Part shown: positions 42,602-50,873 of the stretch, piece after piece
Numbering within the stretch: the first letter of the stretch is position 1
Layout of the letters: each line of letters begins with the position of its first letter
Source: an uncultured bacterium
GTDB taxonomy: Bacteria; Patescibacteriota; Minisyncoccia; Minisyncoccales; RBG-13-42-11
DNA length: 64,000 bases
NCBI GenBank assembly: GCA_963790795.1
Contig: CAWBPO010000001.1
Location: forward strand, 268,073 to 332,072
Reading direction: 5' to 3'
The notes under the pieces: generated by a model
Seen by the model: the letters and a program-made list of their open reading frames with translations, nothing else
Database searches by the model: none
What the model was told of the DNA's origin: nothing
Made by a program: the position numbers and the translations under genes

Positions 42602-44765
42602 CTTGGAAAAGATATATTTTAAAATAATTGAATGGGGGACTTATCTTGTTCTTTTTACCCCTTTTATTTTTATAAATGATTATTTTTTTCCTTTTGTCGT
42701 CCCTAAAACAATTTTTTTCAGAATTATTGTTGATGTTATCTTTATTGCTTTTATTCTTTTGGCGACTGCTAATGCTAAGTATAGGCCGAGAATTACTCCT
42801 TTGACTGTGGCTGTTTTTATTTTTTTGGCAGTACTTGTTTTAACTTCCATTACCGGTGTAAATTTTACAAGGAGTTTTTGGAGCGTTTTTGAAAGAATGG
42901 AAGGTTTATTAACCTTTTTTCATCTTTTTGCTTTTTACATCGTTTTAACCAGCGTTTTTAAAGAGAAAAAATATTGGGAAAGAATTTTGTCCGTTTCAAT
43001 CTTAGTCGGCATTTTCATTGCTTTTAACGCCTTGACTTCAACAAACCCGGCCACCCGAGGAGGAGGAACGCTCGGCAATTCTTCTTTTTTTTCAGCTTAC
43101 ATTCTTTTTAATCTTTTTTTTGCCATAATCTTTCTTGTTACTAAGAAAGGAGTTTGGCGGTTTTTTTACGCTGCCGCCTTCATTGTTTTTATCTGTTCTT
43201 TGTTTTTCAATCCCGGCGGCTTTACCAAAGGGGCTGTTGTCGCTTTCATTATGGGATTGCTTGTTTTGTTTTTTGGCTTTTTGCTGTTTGTTTTATTTTC
43301 ATCCGACCAGAAAAAGCTTAAAATCATTGTTCTTTCTTTGATGATTTTATTCGTCTTGGGAGCGTTTGGTTTTTCCCAGCTTGATTTTATTAAGGAAAAA
43401 ATGGACAAATTGTGGCAGTCAAGCAGCGTTCAAGCGAGATTGGTAGTTTGGAATATTGGTTGGCAGGGCTGGCAGGAAAGATTTTGGCTTGGCTGGGGCT
43501 TGGAGAATTTCAATGTTCCTTTTGTCAAGCATTACGACCCTGAACTTCCTCTTTCCGGCGATATTTGGTACGACAGGGTACATAATATTGTTCTGGATAC
43601 GGGAATTAACTCTGGAATTATCGGGTTATTAAGCTATTTGTCTGTTTTTGGCGTTGCTATTTTCGGCTTATTAAGACTTTTGCCGAGAATAAGCGAGAAA
43701 AAGAACATTATTGTTCCTTTGGCTATGGTTGCCTTGTTTTTGGTTTATTTTTTCCAGAATCTTTTTGTCTTTGATATGATTTCCACCCATATGATGTTTT
43801 TCTTAAGTTTGGCTTTTGCCGGCTTTCTGATTTCTTCGGGAAAAGAAGAAGTTAAAGAGAAAGTTTTTCCTTTGCCTTCTTTTGCTGCCGGCTTTTTAAT
43901 AATTCTAACTGTCTTTGTTCTTTTTTTCGGAAACATCCAGGTTGCCAAAGCTTCAAAGTTTTTACTCAAAGGAATAATTTCTCCCTTAGAGCAGTCCATT
44001 TCCTATTTCCAAAAAGCCTTTAAAGCTTCGCCAATGGTGCAGTTTGAAGGTTCTGAGCAGTTTTTTTCAAGAATGAGCACATTGTCTTCCCAGGCCGACC
44101 AGAATAAAGAATTGTTAAACCAGGGATTCATTTTGGCTGAGGAAGAGCTTAAAAAAAGCATTACTCAGAATCCTTTGGATTTTCGCCTTTATTTGTCTTT
44201 AGGAAGGTATTACAATAATTTTTATCAGTTTTCCGCCGATAAGGAAAAACTAACATTGGCTGAAAAAACTTTGAATAAGGCAATTGAATTAAGCCCGGGA
44301 AATCAGCAAGCCTATTTTGTTTTGGCCCAAACTTTCCTTTTTGAGGGTGATTACGAAAAGGCCATTGAAGCTTGTAAGAAAGCGGTTGAACTTGAACCGA
44401 ACCTGGCCCAGTCCCATTGGTATTTAATGAAAGTTTACAGGGCAGCAGGGGAATACGAGCTGGCTTTTTACGAATTAAAGGAAGTGGAGGGCTTGGGATT
44501 CAGCTGGCAGGGCGATGCTTCCACCTTAAAAGAAGGCATAGAGGTTCTCAAGGCAGTTGGCGTGGATATCAAGATTATAATTGCTCTTTATGAAAAAGGG
44601 GCAGAAATTAGTCCTAAAGATTACTATTTTTGGGCAAATTTGGCTGATAGTTATATGGCAGTAGGAGAAAAAGAAAAAGCGAAAAATGCGGTAGAAAATC
44701 TTTTGGAGTTGAAACCAGAACTTTCTCCCCAGGTTGAACAGTTTCTAAAAGAGTTGGGCTATTAA
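42585..44765 (+). CDS. O-antigen ligase / O-oligosaccharyltransferase-like (Wzy_C) membrane protein with C-terminal TPR domain (second copy)
   Basis: Same architecture as 4411..6627: GTLGNSSFFSAYILF, WYDRVHNIVLDTGINSGIIG, and TPR repeats (AEKTLNKAIELSPGN, AIEACKKAVELEPN). Confidence 0.8.
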   Translation: MADKNSLEKIYFKIIEWGTYLVLFTPFIFINDYFFPFVVPKTIFFRIIVDVIFIAFILLATANAKYRPRITPLTVAVFIFLAVLVLTSITGVNFTRSFWSVFERMEGLLTFFHLFAFYIVLTSVFKEKKYWERILSVSILVGIFIAFNALTSTNPATRGGGTLGNSSFFSAYILFNLFFAIIFLVTKKGVWRFFYAAAFIVFICSLFFNPGGFTKGAVVAFIMGLLVLFFGFLLFVLFSSDQKKLKIIVLSLMILFVLGAFGFSQLDFIKEKMDKLWQSSSVQARLVVWNIGWQGWQERFWLGWGLENFNVPFVKHYDPELPLSGDIWYDRVHNIVLDTGINSGIIGLLSYLSVFGVAIFGLLRLLPRISEKKNIIVPLAMVALFLVYFFQNLFVFDMISTHMMFFLSLAFAGFLISSGKEEVKEKVFPLPSFAAGFLIILTVFVLFFGNIQVAKASKFLLKGIISPLEQSISYFQKAFKASPMVQFEGSEQFFSRMSTLSSQADQNKELLNQGFILAEEELKKSITQNPLDFRLYLSLGRYYNNFYQFSADKEKLTLAEKTLNKAIELSPGNQQAYFVLAQTFLFEGDYEKAIEACKKAVELEPNLAQSHWYLMKVYRAAGEYELAFYELKEVEGLGFSWQGDASTLKEGIEVLKAVGVDIKIIIALYEKGAEISPKDYYFWANLADSYMAVGEKEKAKNAVENLLELKPELSPQVEQFLKELGY

Positions 44766-44775
44766 GCTTTAAGCA

Positions 44776-44804
44776 TTGACAATTTTTACGCTATTTGCTA
44801 TCAT
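44776..44804 (+). promoter_or_regulatory. strong sigma-70-type promoter (TTGACA-17 nt-TGcTATCAT)
   Basis: TTGACA 44776..44781, 17-nt spacer ending in TGC (extended -10), TATCAT 44799..44804. Confidence 0.5.
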
Positions 44805-44850
44805 TGAATCAGTGAGTGCGACCCGAAAGGGCTCCATTCAAAAGTCGGCG

Positions 44851-44880
44851 AAAAACCTCACTTAAGCGAGGTTTTTTGCT
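44851..44880 (+). terminator. weak rho-independent terminator ~45-70 nt downstream of the 44776 promoter
   Basis: AAAAACCTC-acttaagc-GAGGTTTTTTGCTTTTT. Confidence 0.45.
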
Positions 44881-45014
44881 TTTTAAAATTCAAAAACCCA
44901 AAGGTTTTTTGGGTTCTTGAGAGGGCCAACGAGTTTACTCCAAAACAAAGTCTTTAGTGAGTGCTGTCCGTTGGCCCAATGTTATTTTAGCAATTTTTCT
45001 GTTAGAATACAAAA

Positions 45015-45934
45015 ATGGATATCAATAAGTTTTTACCATCAGTCAGAAAAGACGTTCTATTGAAGAATTACACTACTTTTAGAATTGGCGGGCCAGCCAG
45101 ATATTTTTTTCAAGCAAAAAGCAAAGATGATTTGCTTTTGGCGTTTAAAACGGCAAAAAGATTTAATTTGCCTTTTTTTATTTTGGGCGGAGGAAGCAAC
45201 TTGCTGGTTTCGGACAAAGGATTTAACGGAATAGTTATTAAAATTGAAAATTGTAAATTGAAAATTGAAAATTGTAAAGTAAGTACTGATACTGGAGTAC
45301 CGTTGAACAAATTAATTAGTCTTTCAGTTGAAAAATCATTAACAGGTATGGAGTGGGCATCGGGAATTCCCGGGACAGTCGGCGGAGCTATTTTTGGAAA
45401 TGCCGGAGCTTTCGGAAAATCGATGAAAAATGTCGTTAGAAAGGTTGAAGTTTTCAATGCGAAAAATTTGAAATTTGAAACATATAATTTAAAAGACTGC
45501 AGATTTGATTATCGAGAAAGCGTTTTTAAGAAAAAAAAGAATTTAATTATAGTATCTGTGTTTCTAAAATTGAAAAAAGGAAAAAAACTGGAAATTAAAA
45601 AGAGAATTAAAGAATATATTGATTATAAAAAAAATACTCAGCCCTTAAATTATCCTTCAGCTGGGTCTGTGTTTAAAAATCCGGATAAAAAATCTGCCGC
45701 TCGGCAGGAAGAGGATCTCTTCTCAAAATTTCGTTGATTGAAGATTGCGGTTTGAAAGGAAAAACAATGGGAAAAGCAAAAATTTCCGGGAAGCACGCCA
45801 ATTTTATTGTTAATTTGGGCGGAGCTCGGGCAGAAAACGTTAAAAATTTGATAAATTTTACAAAAAAGGCGGTAAAAAAACGTTTCGGAGTGTCGCTAAA
45901 AGAGGAAATTCAATATTTGGGTTTTGAAAATTAG
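45015..45934 (+). pseudogene. murB: UDP-N-acetylenolpyruvoylglucosamine reductase gene split by a frameshift (ORFs 45015..45737 and 45734..45934)
   Basis: N-terminal part: NYTTFRIGGPARYF, ILGGGSNLLVSD, GIPGTVGGAIFGNAGAFG, PSAGSVFKNP. C-terminal part in the -1 frame: LIEDCGLKGKTMGKAKISGKHANFIVNLGGA...FGVSLKEEIQYLG. The join falls at 45702..45735. Confidence 0.85.
45240..45281 (+). repeat. 21-bp in-frame tandem duplication inside murB
   Basis: AAAATTGAAAATTGTAAATTG / AAAATTGAAAATTGTAAAGTA, encoding KIENCKL-KIENCKV. Confidence 0.85.
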
Positions 45935-46124
45935 ATTTTTTCCATTTTCCATTTTTATTTTCTATTTTTCGGTTTTCCACACTTGACAAAGTTTTTCAAA
46001 ATGAAAAAATATACTAATGGATGCGAATAGTTAGTCGACTATTCGCTGAGACTCTTTTAAAAATCGTTACCATTCTCATGGCAAAGAAAAAAGCAAAGAA
46101 AAAGAAGAAATAAATTATTTTCTC

Positions 46125-46157
46125 CCCCTCACTTAAAAAGTGAGGGGTTGTTTTTTT
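46125..46157 (+). terminator. rho-independent terminator after the poly-Lys mini-ORF
   Basis: CCCCTCACT-taaaa-AGTGAGGGG followed by TTGTTTTTTT. Confidence 0.75.
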
Positions 46158-46224
46158 ATTACTCTTTACAAAAAAGTTTTTTAATGCTAAAAAGATAAAA
46201 AGAATAATTTTAACAAGATAACCG

Positions 46225-46334
46225 GTTAATCGCTTTTTGTTTCACTCTTTGTTTTTCCGAGCACATAATCAGCAAACTTATATGCTCGGTTAGCTGGGGA
46301 AAGTTTAAAATCTTTCCTGTGGTAAGCGATTGAC
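46225..46334 (+). promoter_or_regulatory. candidate structured leader (three-way junction) directly upstream of speH
   Basis: P1 GTTAATCGCTT (46225..46235) / AAGCGATTGAC (46324..46334), 11 bp including one G.U. P2 CCGAGCACATAA (46257..46268) / TTATATGCTCGG (46278..46289). P3 GGAAAG (46298..46303) / CTTTCC (46312..46317). The P1 3' arm ends 9 nt before ATG 46344. Confidence 0.35.
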
Positions 46335-46343
46335 TACAGTATT

Positions 46344-46772
46344 ATGACTGGTAAAACAAAGAGATCCATTCAATGGGTCAAAAAATCCAAAAAACAGAAA
46401 TATGCCGGCATTCATTTGATTGCTGAATTTTGGAATGGGAAAATTATTGAAAATCCCAAAGAAATCAAGAAAATCCTGATAGCGGCAGTTAAAGAAGCGA
46501 AAAGCACTCCTTTAGAAGTGGCAATTCACAAATTTTCACCCCAGGGACTGACTGGGGTTGTTTTATTGGCAGAGTCCCATGTTGCTATTCATAGTTGGTC
46601 GGAATTTAACTATGTGGCTATTGACATTTTTACTTGCGGGGACTGGGCTAAACCCTACAAAGCTTTGCAATATTTAAAGAAAATATTTAAACCGAAAAAA
46701 GTTGAAATAAAAGAGATAAAAAGAGGGAAGTTAGTCAAAGAGGATAAATCCTCTTTTCCACCTTCATTTTAA
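46344..46772 (+). CDS. speH: S-adenosylmethionine decarboxylase proenzyme (class 1b, pyruvoyl-dependent)
   Basis: GIHLIAEFWNG and GVVLLAESHVAIHSWSEFNYVAIDIFTCG (self-cleavage E-S site, HSWPE-like motif). Confidence 0.85.
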   Translation: MTGKTKRSIQWVKKSKKQKYAGIHLIAEFWNGKIIENPKEIKKILIAAVKEAKSTPLEVAIHKFSPQGLTGVVLLAESHVAIHSWSEFNYVAIDIFTCGDWAKPYKALQYLKKIFKPKKVEIKEIKRGKLVKEDKSSFPPSF

Positions 46773-46790
46773 TAAATTAAAACTCGGTAA

Positions 46791-47672
46791 ATGAAAGATT
46801 ATTTTAAATTTAAAAAAAGCAAGTGGTTTTTTGAAGAAGATGTTCCTTATGACACTTCAGGAATAAAAATCGGTATGGAGATAAAAAGGAAAATTTATTC
46901 TGGCAAATCCAATTATCAAAAAATAGATTTTTTTGATACTTATGCTTATGACAGAATTTTGGTTCTTGACGGAATTCTGCAGACCTCAGAAAAAGATGAA
47001 TTTATATATCATGAAATGCTTTGCCAATTGCCGATGTTTTTGCACAAAAATCCAAAAAGAATTTTAATTATCGGCGGCGGAGACGGAGGATCATTGGAAG
47101 AAATATTGAAACACAAGATAGAAAAGGTTTGGATAGTGGAAATAGACGAGAAAGTGATTGAACTTTCAAAAAAATACATTCCTTCGATTTCAAAGGGTTC
47201 TTTCAATAATAAAAAGGCGGAAATCATTATCGGAGACGGGAAAAAATACATAAAAAGACATAGAAATTTTTTTGATGTTATTATTATTGATATTTCTGAT
47301 CCTCTTGGCCATTCGAAAGAACTGATTTCTTTAAATTTTTATCAAGACGTTAAAAAAGCCCTAAACAAAAACGGCATAGTATCTATTCAATCTGGTTCCT
47401 TGAATGACCAGCCGATTTTGGTGGCTAAGATTTTTGAACGGATAAAGAAGATATTTCCTTTTGCGGATGTTCACTGGGCAGTAGTTCCTTCTTATCAAGC
47501 CGGAGAATATAGTTTTATTATTGGAGCGAAAGAAAATTTAGGAAAATTAACGCAAAAAGACCTTCAGAAAAAATACGGAAAATTAAATCTCAAGCTAAAA
47601 TACTTTAGTCCGGAAATTTATTTTACCTCCAGAGTTTTGCCAAAATATCTGGCAGAAAAAATAGAGAAATAA
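46791..47672 (+). CDS. speE: spermidine synthase (polyamine aminopropyltransferase)
   Basis: YQKIDFFDT, LVLDGILQTSEKDEFIYHEML, ILIIGGGDGGSLEEILKH and IIIDISDP. Confidence 0.85.
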   Translation: MKDYFKFKKSKWFFEEDVPYDTSGIKIGMEIKRKIYSGKSNYQKIDFFDTYAYDRILVLDGILQTSEKDEFIYHEMLCQLPMFLHKNPKRILIIGGGDGGSLEEILKHKIEKVWIVEIDEKVIELSKKYIPSISKGSFNNKKAEIIIGDGKKYIKRHRNFFDVIIIDISDPLGHSKELISLNFYQDVKKALNKNGIVSIQSGSLNDQPILVAKIFERIKKIFPFADVHWAVVPSYQAGEYSFIIGAKENLGKLTQKDLQKKYGKLNLKLKYFSPEIYFTSRVLPKYLAEKIEK

Positions 47673-47693
47673 AAAATAATTTGACTTTTTAGT

Positions 47694-47726
47694 AATCGGC
47701 TGCATTTTAAAGAAGCCGATTTTTAT
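47694..47726 (+). terminator. rho-independent terminator after speE
   Basis: AATCGGCT-gcattttaaaga-AGCCGATT followed by TTTTATTT. Confidence 0.65.
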
Positions 47727-47769
47727 TTACAAAATGAGGATTTTTATGTATAATTTAAAGGATATTATT

Positions 47770-50250
47770 ATGTCAATTGTTGATAAAATTTTCGGCAATG
47801 CCAACGAAAACTATTTAAAAAAGCTTGAATCTGTTGTAAAACAGATAAATTCTTTTGAAAAAGAATTCGAGGGTTTTTCTGACGAAAAATTAAAAGAAAA
47901 AACAAAAGAATTCAAAGACATATTGTGCGGAAGACAGCGCGGAGGAAAGACCTCCGTGGAAAAACAAGGAGGTCTGTCCTTAGATGATATTTTGCCGGAA
48001 GCTTTTGCCCTTGTCAGAGAGGCTGCAAAAAGAACTCTTAACCAAAGGCATTTTGATGTTCAGCTTATTGGTGGCATTGTCTTACATCAGGGGAAAATTG
48101 CTGAAATGAGAACAGGTGAGGGAAAAACTTTGGCTGCCACTCTACCTTTGTACCTTAACGCTTTAGAAGGAAAGGGCTGTCATTTGGTTACTGTTAACGA
48201 TTATTTGGCTCGCAGGGACACTGTTTGGATGGGTCAGATATATTATGCACTTGGTTTGTCAGTGGCCTGCATAGTTCATGATGCTGCTTTTATATACGAC
48301 TCAGCATACGTCGGCGAACAAAAAACAGCCAACAGTGAACAGTTAGATAAAGAGCGGGACGCTGTCGCCGGCTTTAAGGTTATTGAAAGTTATTTGAGGC
48401 CTTGTTCAAGAAAAGAAGCTTATGAAGCTGATATTACCTATGGAACCAACAATGAGTTTGGTTTTGATTATTTGCGGGACAACATGGTTTATGATTTGTC
48501 TCAGCAAACGCAGAGAGGCTTTAATTTCGCCATAGTTGATGAAGTTGATTCAATTTTGATTGATGAGGCGAGAACTCCTTTGATTATTTCAGCTCCTGAT
48601 ACGGAAAGTTCCAAATTCTATCAGGAATTTTCCAGGATTACTCCAAAGCTTGATGTTCAGGAAGATTATGAGATTGACGAGAAAATGAAAGCAGTCACCC
48701 TGACCGAAAAAGGCGTAAACAAAGTTGAAAAAATCTTAGGCCTGGAGAATATTTACGAGGAAAGGGGAATAAAGTATCTCCATTATCTTGAACAGTCATT
48801 AAGGGCTCAAACGCTTTTTAAGAAAGATAAAGATTACGTGGTAAAAGACGGCCAGGTTATTATCGTTGATGAGTTTACCGGCAGACTGATGCCCGGAAGA
48901 AGATGGTCTGGCGGCCTTCACCAGGCAGTTGAGGCGAAAGAAGGAGTTTTCGTCAATCCGGAATCTTTAACTTTAGCTTCAATCACTTTTCAGAACTATT
49001 TCAGGATGTACAAGAAACTGGCTGGTATGACAGGAACAGCAGCCACCTCAGCTGAAGAGTTTGACAAAGTATATAAATTGGAAGTGATAACTGTTCCAAC
49101 GAACAAACCGTTGCAGAGAGTTTATCTGTCAGATAGAATTTACAAAACGGAAAAAGGAAAATTTGAGGCAGTAGTCAAGGAAATAAAAGAAAAACATGAA
49201 GCTGGGCAACCGGTTTTGGTCGGTACCACTTCAATTGAGAAAAACGAGTATCTCGGCAAATTATTGGACAGAGAAGGAGTACCCCACCAGATTTTAAATG
49301 CAAAGCAGCATGAGAAAGAAGGAGAAATTATTGCCCAAGCAGGCAAATTAGGCCAAGTAACAATAGCAACCAATATGGCAGGCAGGGGAGTTGACATAGT
49401 TTTAGGAGGTAACCCGCCAGATTCTGCTCAAGCGGAAAAAGTGAAAGAATCTGGGGGATTGCACGTAATCGGCACGGAAAGGCACGAAGCAAGAAGAATT
49501 GACAATCAGTTGAGAGGTAGAACAGCCAGGCAGGGAGATTTAGGCTCTTCTCAGTTTTTCGTTTCTTTGGAAGACGATTTAATGCGTATTTTCGCTTCAG
49601 ACAAGATAAAGTCTTTAATGAATGTTTTGAAGATTCCCGAGGACCAGCCGATTGAAACAAGGATGGTTTCTGGCGCCATTGAAACAGCCCAGGCAAAGAT
49701 TGAAGGAATGAATTTTGATTTAAGAAAGCATATTTTGGAATATGACGACGTGATGAACAAGCATCGTGAGATTATTTACAAAAAAAGAAAAGAAATATTG
49801 GAAAAAGCTGAGACGGGCAGCCTTAAACCGCAGATTCTGGAAATAATCCAAAAACACGGCTGCAAAGAAGAGGATTACGAGAAAAAAGAGAAAGAAATGG
49901 GTTCGGAAAAAATGAGGCAGGTTGAAAAGATTGTTTATTTGAGGATTTTAGACACGCTCTGGCTGGAACATTTGGAAAATATGGAGCATTTGAGGGATTC
50001 TGTCAGATTAAGGGCTTACGGCCAGCAGGATCCTTTGATTGAGTACAAATCAGAAGGCCACAGGATGTTCCAGGAATTGTTAAAAAGGATTGAAGAGGGT
50101 ATTGCCAATACCATTTTAAAAGTAACTTTGGTAGAACAACCCCAACAGTCGCAGCCAGTTGAGTTTTCAAGAAGCAAAAAAAAGCCTGGCAGAAACGATC
50201 CCTGTCCATGCGGTTCTGGCAAAAAATATAAGAAATGTCACGGTCGCTGA
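47770..50250 (+). CDS. secA: preprotein translocase ATPase SecA
   Basis: ORF 47734..50250; ATG 47770 (MSIVDKIFG) matches the canonical SecA N-terminus. [53 protein letters not shown] and the C-terminal zinc motif [14 protein letters not shown]. Confidence 0.95.
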   Translation: MSIVDKIFGNANENYLKKLESVVKQINSFEKEFEGFSDEKLKEKTKEFKDILCGRQRGGKTSVEKQGGLSLDDILPEAFALVREAAKRTLNQRHFDVQLIGGIVLHQGKIAEMRTGEGKTLAATLPLYLNALEGKGCHLVTVNDYLARRDTVWMGQIYYALGLSVACIVHDAAFIYDSAYVGEQKTANSEQLDKERDAVAGFKVIESYLRPCSRKEAYEADITYGTNNEFGFDYLRDNMVYDLSQQTQRGFNFAIVDEVDSILIDEARTPLIISAPDTESSKFYQEFSRITPKLDVQEDYEIDEKMKAVTLTEKGVNKVEKILGLENIYEERGIKYLHYLEQSLRAQTLFKKDKDYVVKDGQVIIVDEFTGRLMPGRRWSGGLHQAVEAKEGVFVNPESLTLASITFQNYFRMYKKLAGMTGTAATSAEEFDKVYKLEVITVPTNKPLQRVYLSDRIYKTEKGKFEAVVKEIKEKHEAGQPVLVGTTSIEKNEYLGKLLDREGVPHQILNAKQHEKEGEIIAQAGKLGQVTIATNMAGRGVDIVLGGNPPDSAQAEKVKESGGLHVIGTERHEARRIDNQLRGRTARQGDLGSSQFFVSLEDDLMRIFASDKIKSLMNVLKIPEDQPIETRMVSGAIETAQAKIEGMNFDLRKHILEYDDVMNKHREIIYKKRKEILEKAETGSLKPQILEIIQKHGCKEEDYEKKEKEMGSEKMRQVEKIVYLRILDTLWLEHLENMEHLRDSVRLRAYGQQDPLIEYKSEGHRMFQELLKRIEEGIANTILKVTLVEQPQQSQPVEFSRSKKKPGRNDPCPCGSGKKYKKCHGR

Positions 50251-50332
50251 CGCTTCCGTTTCGTTTCTTGATTTCCACGGCGGTGCCGTAAAAATTAAAA
50301 AGTGTTGTATGCCAAAATACGACTAAAATTTT

Positions 50333-50872
50333 ATGAAAATTCTCAAGAAAAAAGTAATTTATAAAGGAAAATATTTAAAATTGATAGCAAAAGAATATTT
50401 GGTTAAAGCCGGTAAGAAAGGGGTTTGGGAATGTCTGGAGAGACCGGGAGGAGTTTTGGTTTTTGCTTTAACAAAAAGTAAAGAAGTAATTTTGGAAAAA
50501 ATTTTTAGAATTCCTATAGAATCTTACAGTATTGAACTTCCAGCCGGCACTCAAGATAAAAAAAATGAAGACCCGAAAAAAACTGCTAGAAGAGAACTTC
50601 TTGAAGAAACAGGATATTTAGCAAAAAAACTGACATTGGTCTTTAAATGTCAATTAAGCCCCTGGATTGCTTCAAGTCCAGGATTATTATTTTTTGCACC
50701 TGACGTTGAATTCGTGGGAAGAGAAGGCGGAGAAGACGCAGAAGAAATAGAGGTTATAAAAATTCCACTTAAAAATTTAGAGAAATTTTTGATAAAACAA
50801 TCAAAAAAGACACCAGTTGAGATTAGCGTCTTTGGCGCATTAGCTATTCTAAAGAAGAAAAAATTAATTTAA
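50333..50872 (+). CDS. NUDIX hydrolase (ADP-ribose pyrophosphatase-like)
   Basis: Nudix box LPAGTQDKKNEDPKKTARRELLEETGY. Confidence 0.8.
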   Translation: MKILKKKVIYKGKYLKLIAKEYLVKAGKKGVWECLERPGGVLVFALTKSKEVILEKIFRIPIESYSIELPAGTQDKKNEDPKKTARRELLEETGYLAKKLTLVFKCQLSPWIASSPGLLFFAPDVEFVGREGGEDAEEIEVIKIPLKNLEKFLIKQSKKTPVEISVFGALAILKKKKLI

Positions 50873-50873
50873 T

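Noticed and set aside
46001-46030. 9-codon ORF MKKYTNGCE upstream of the poly-Lys mini-ORF.
   Set aside because: It overlaps the putative -10 region and the leader hairpin. Nothing distinguishes it from a chance ORF.
47734-47769. 12-codon N-terminal extension of SecA ([12 protein letters not shown]).
   Set aside because: SecA proteins canonically begin M-(x)-(x)-(x)-x-K-I/L-F-G. ATG 47770 reproduces this (MSIVDKIFG).
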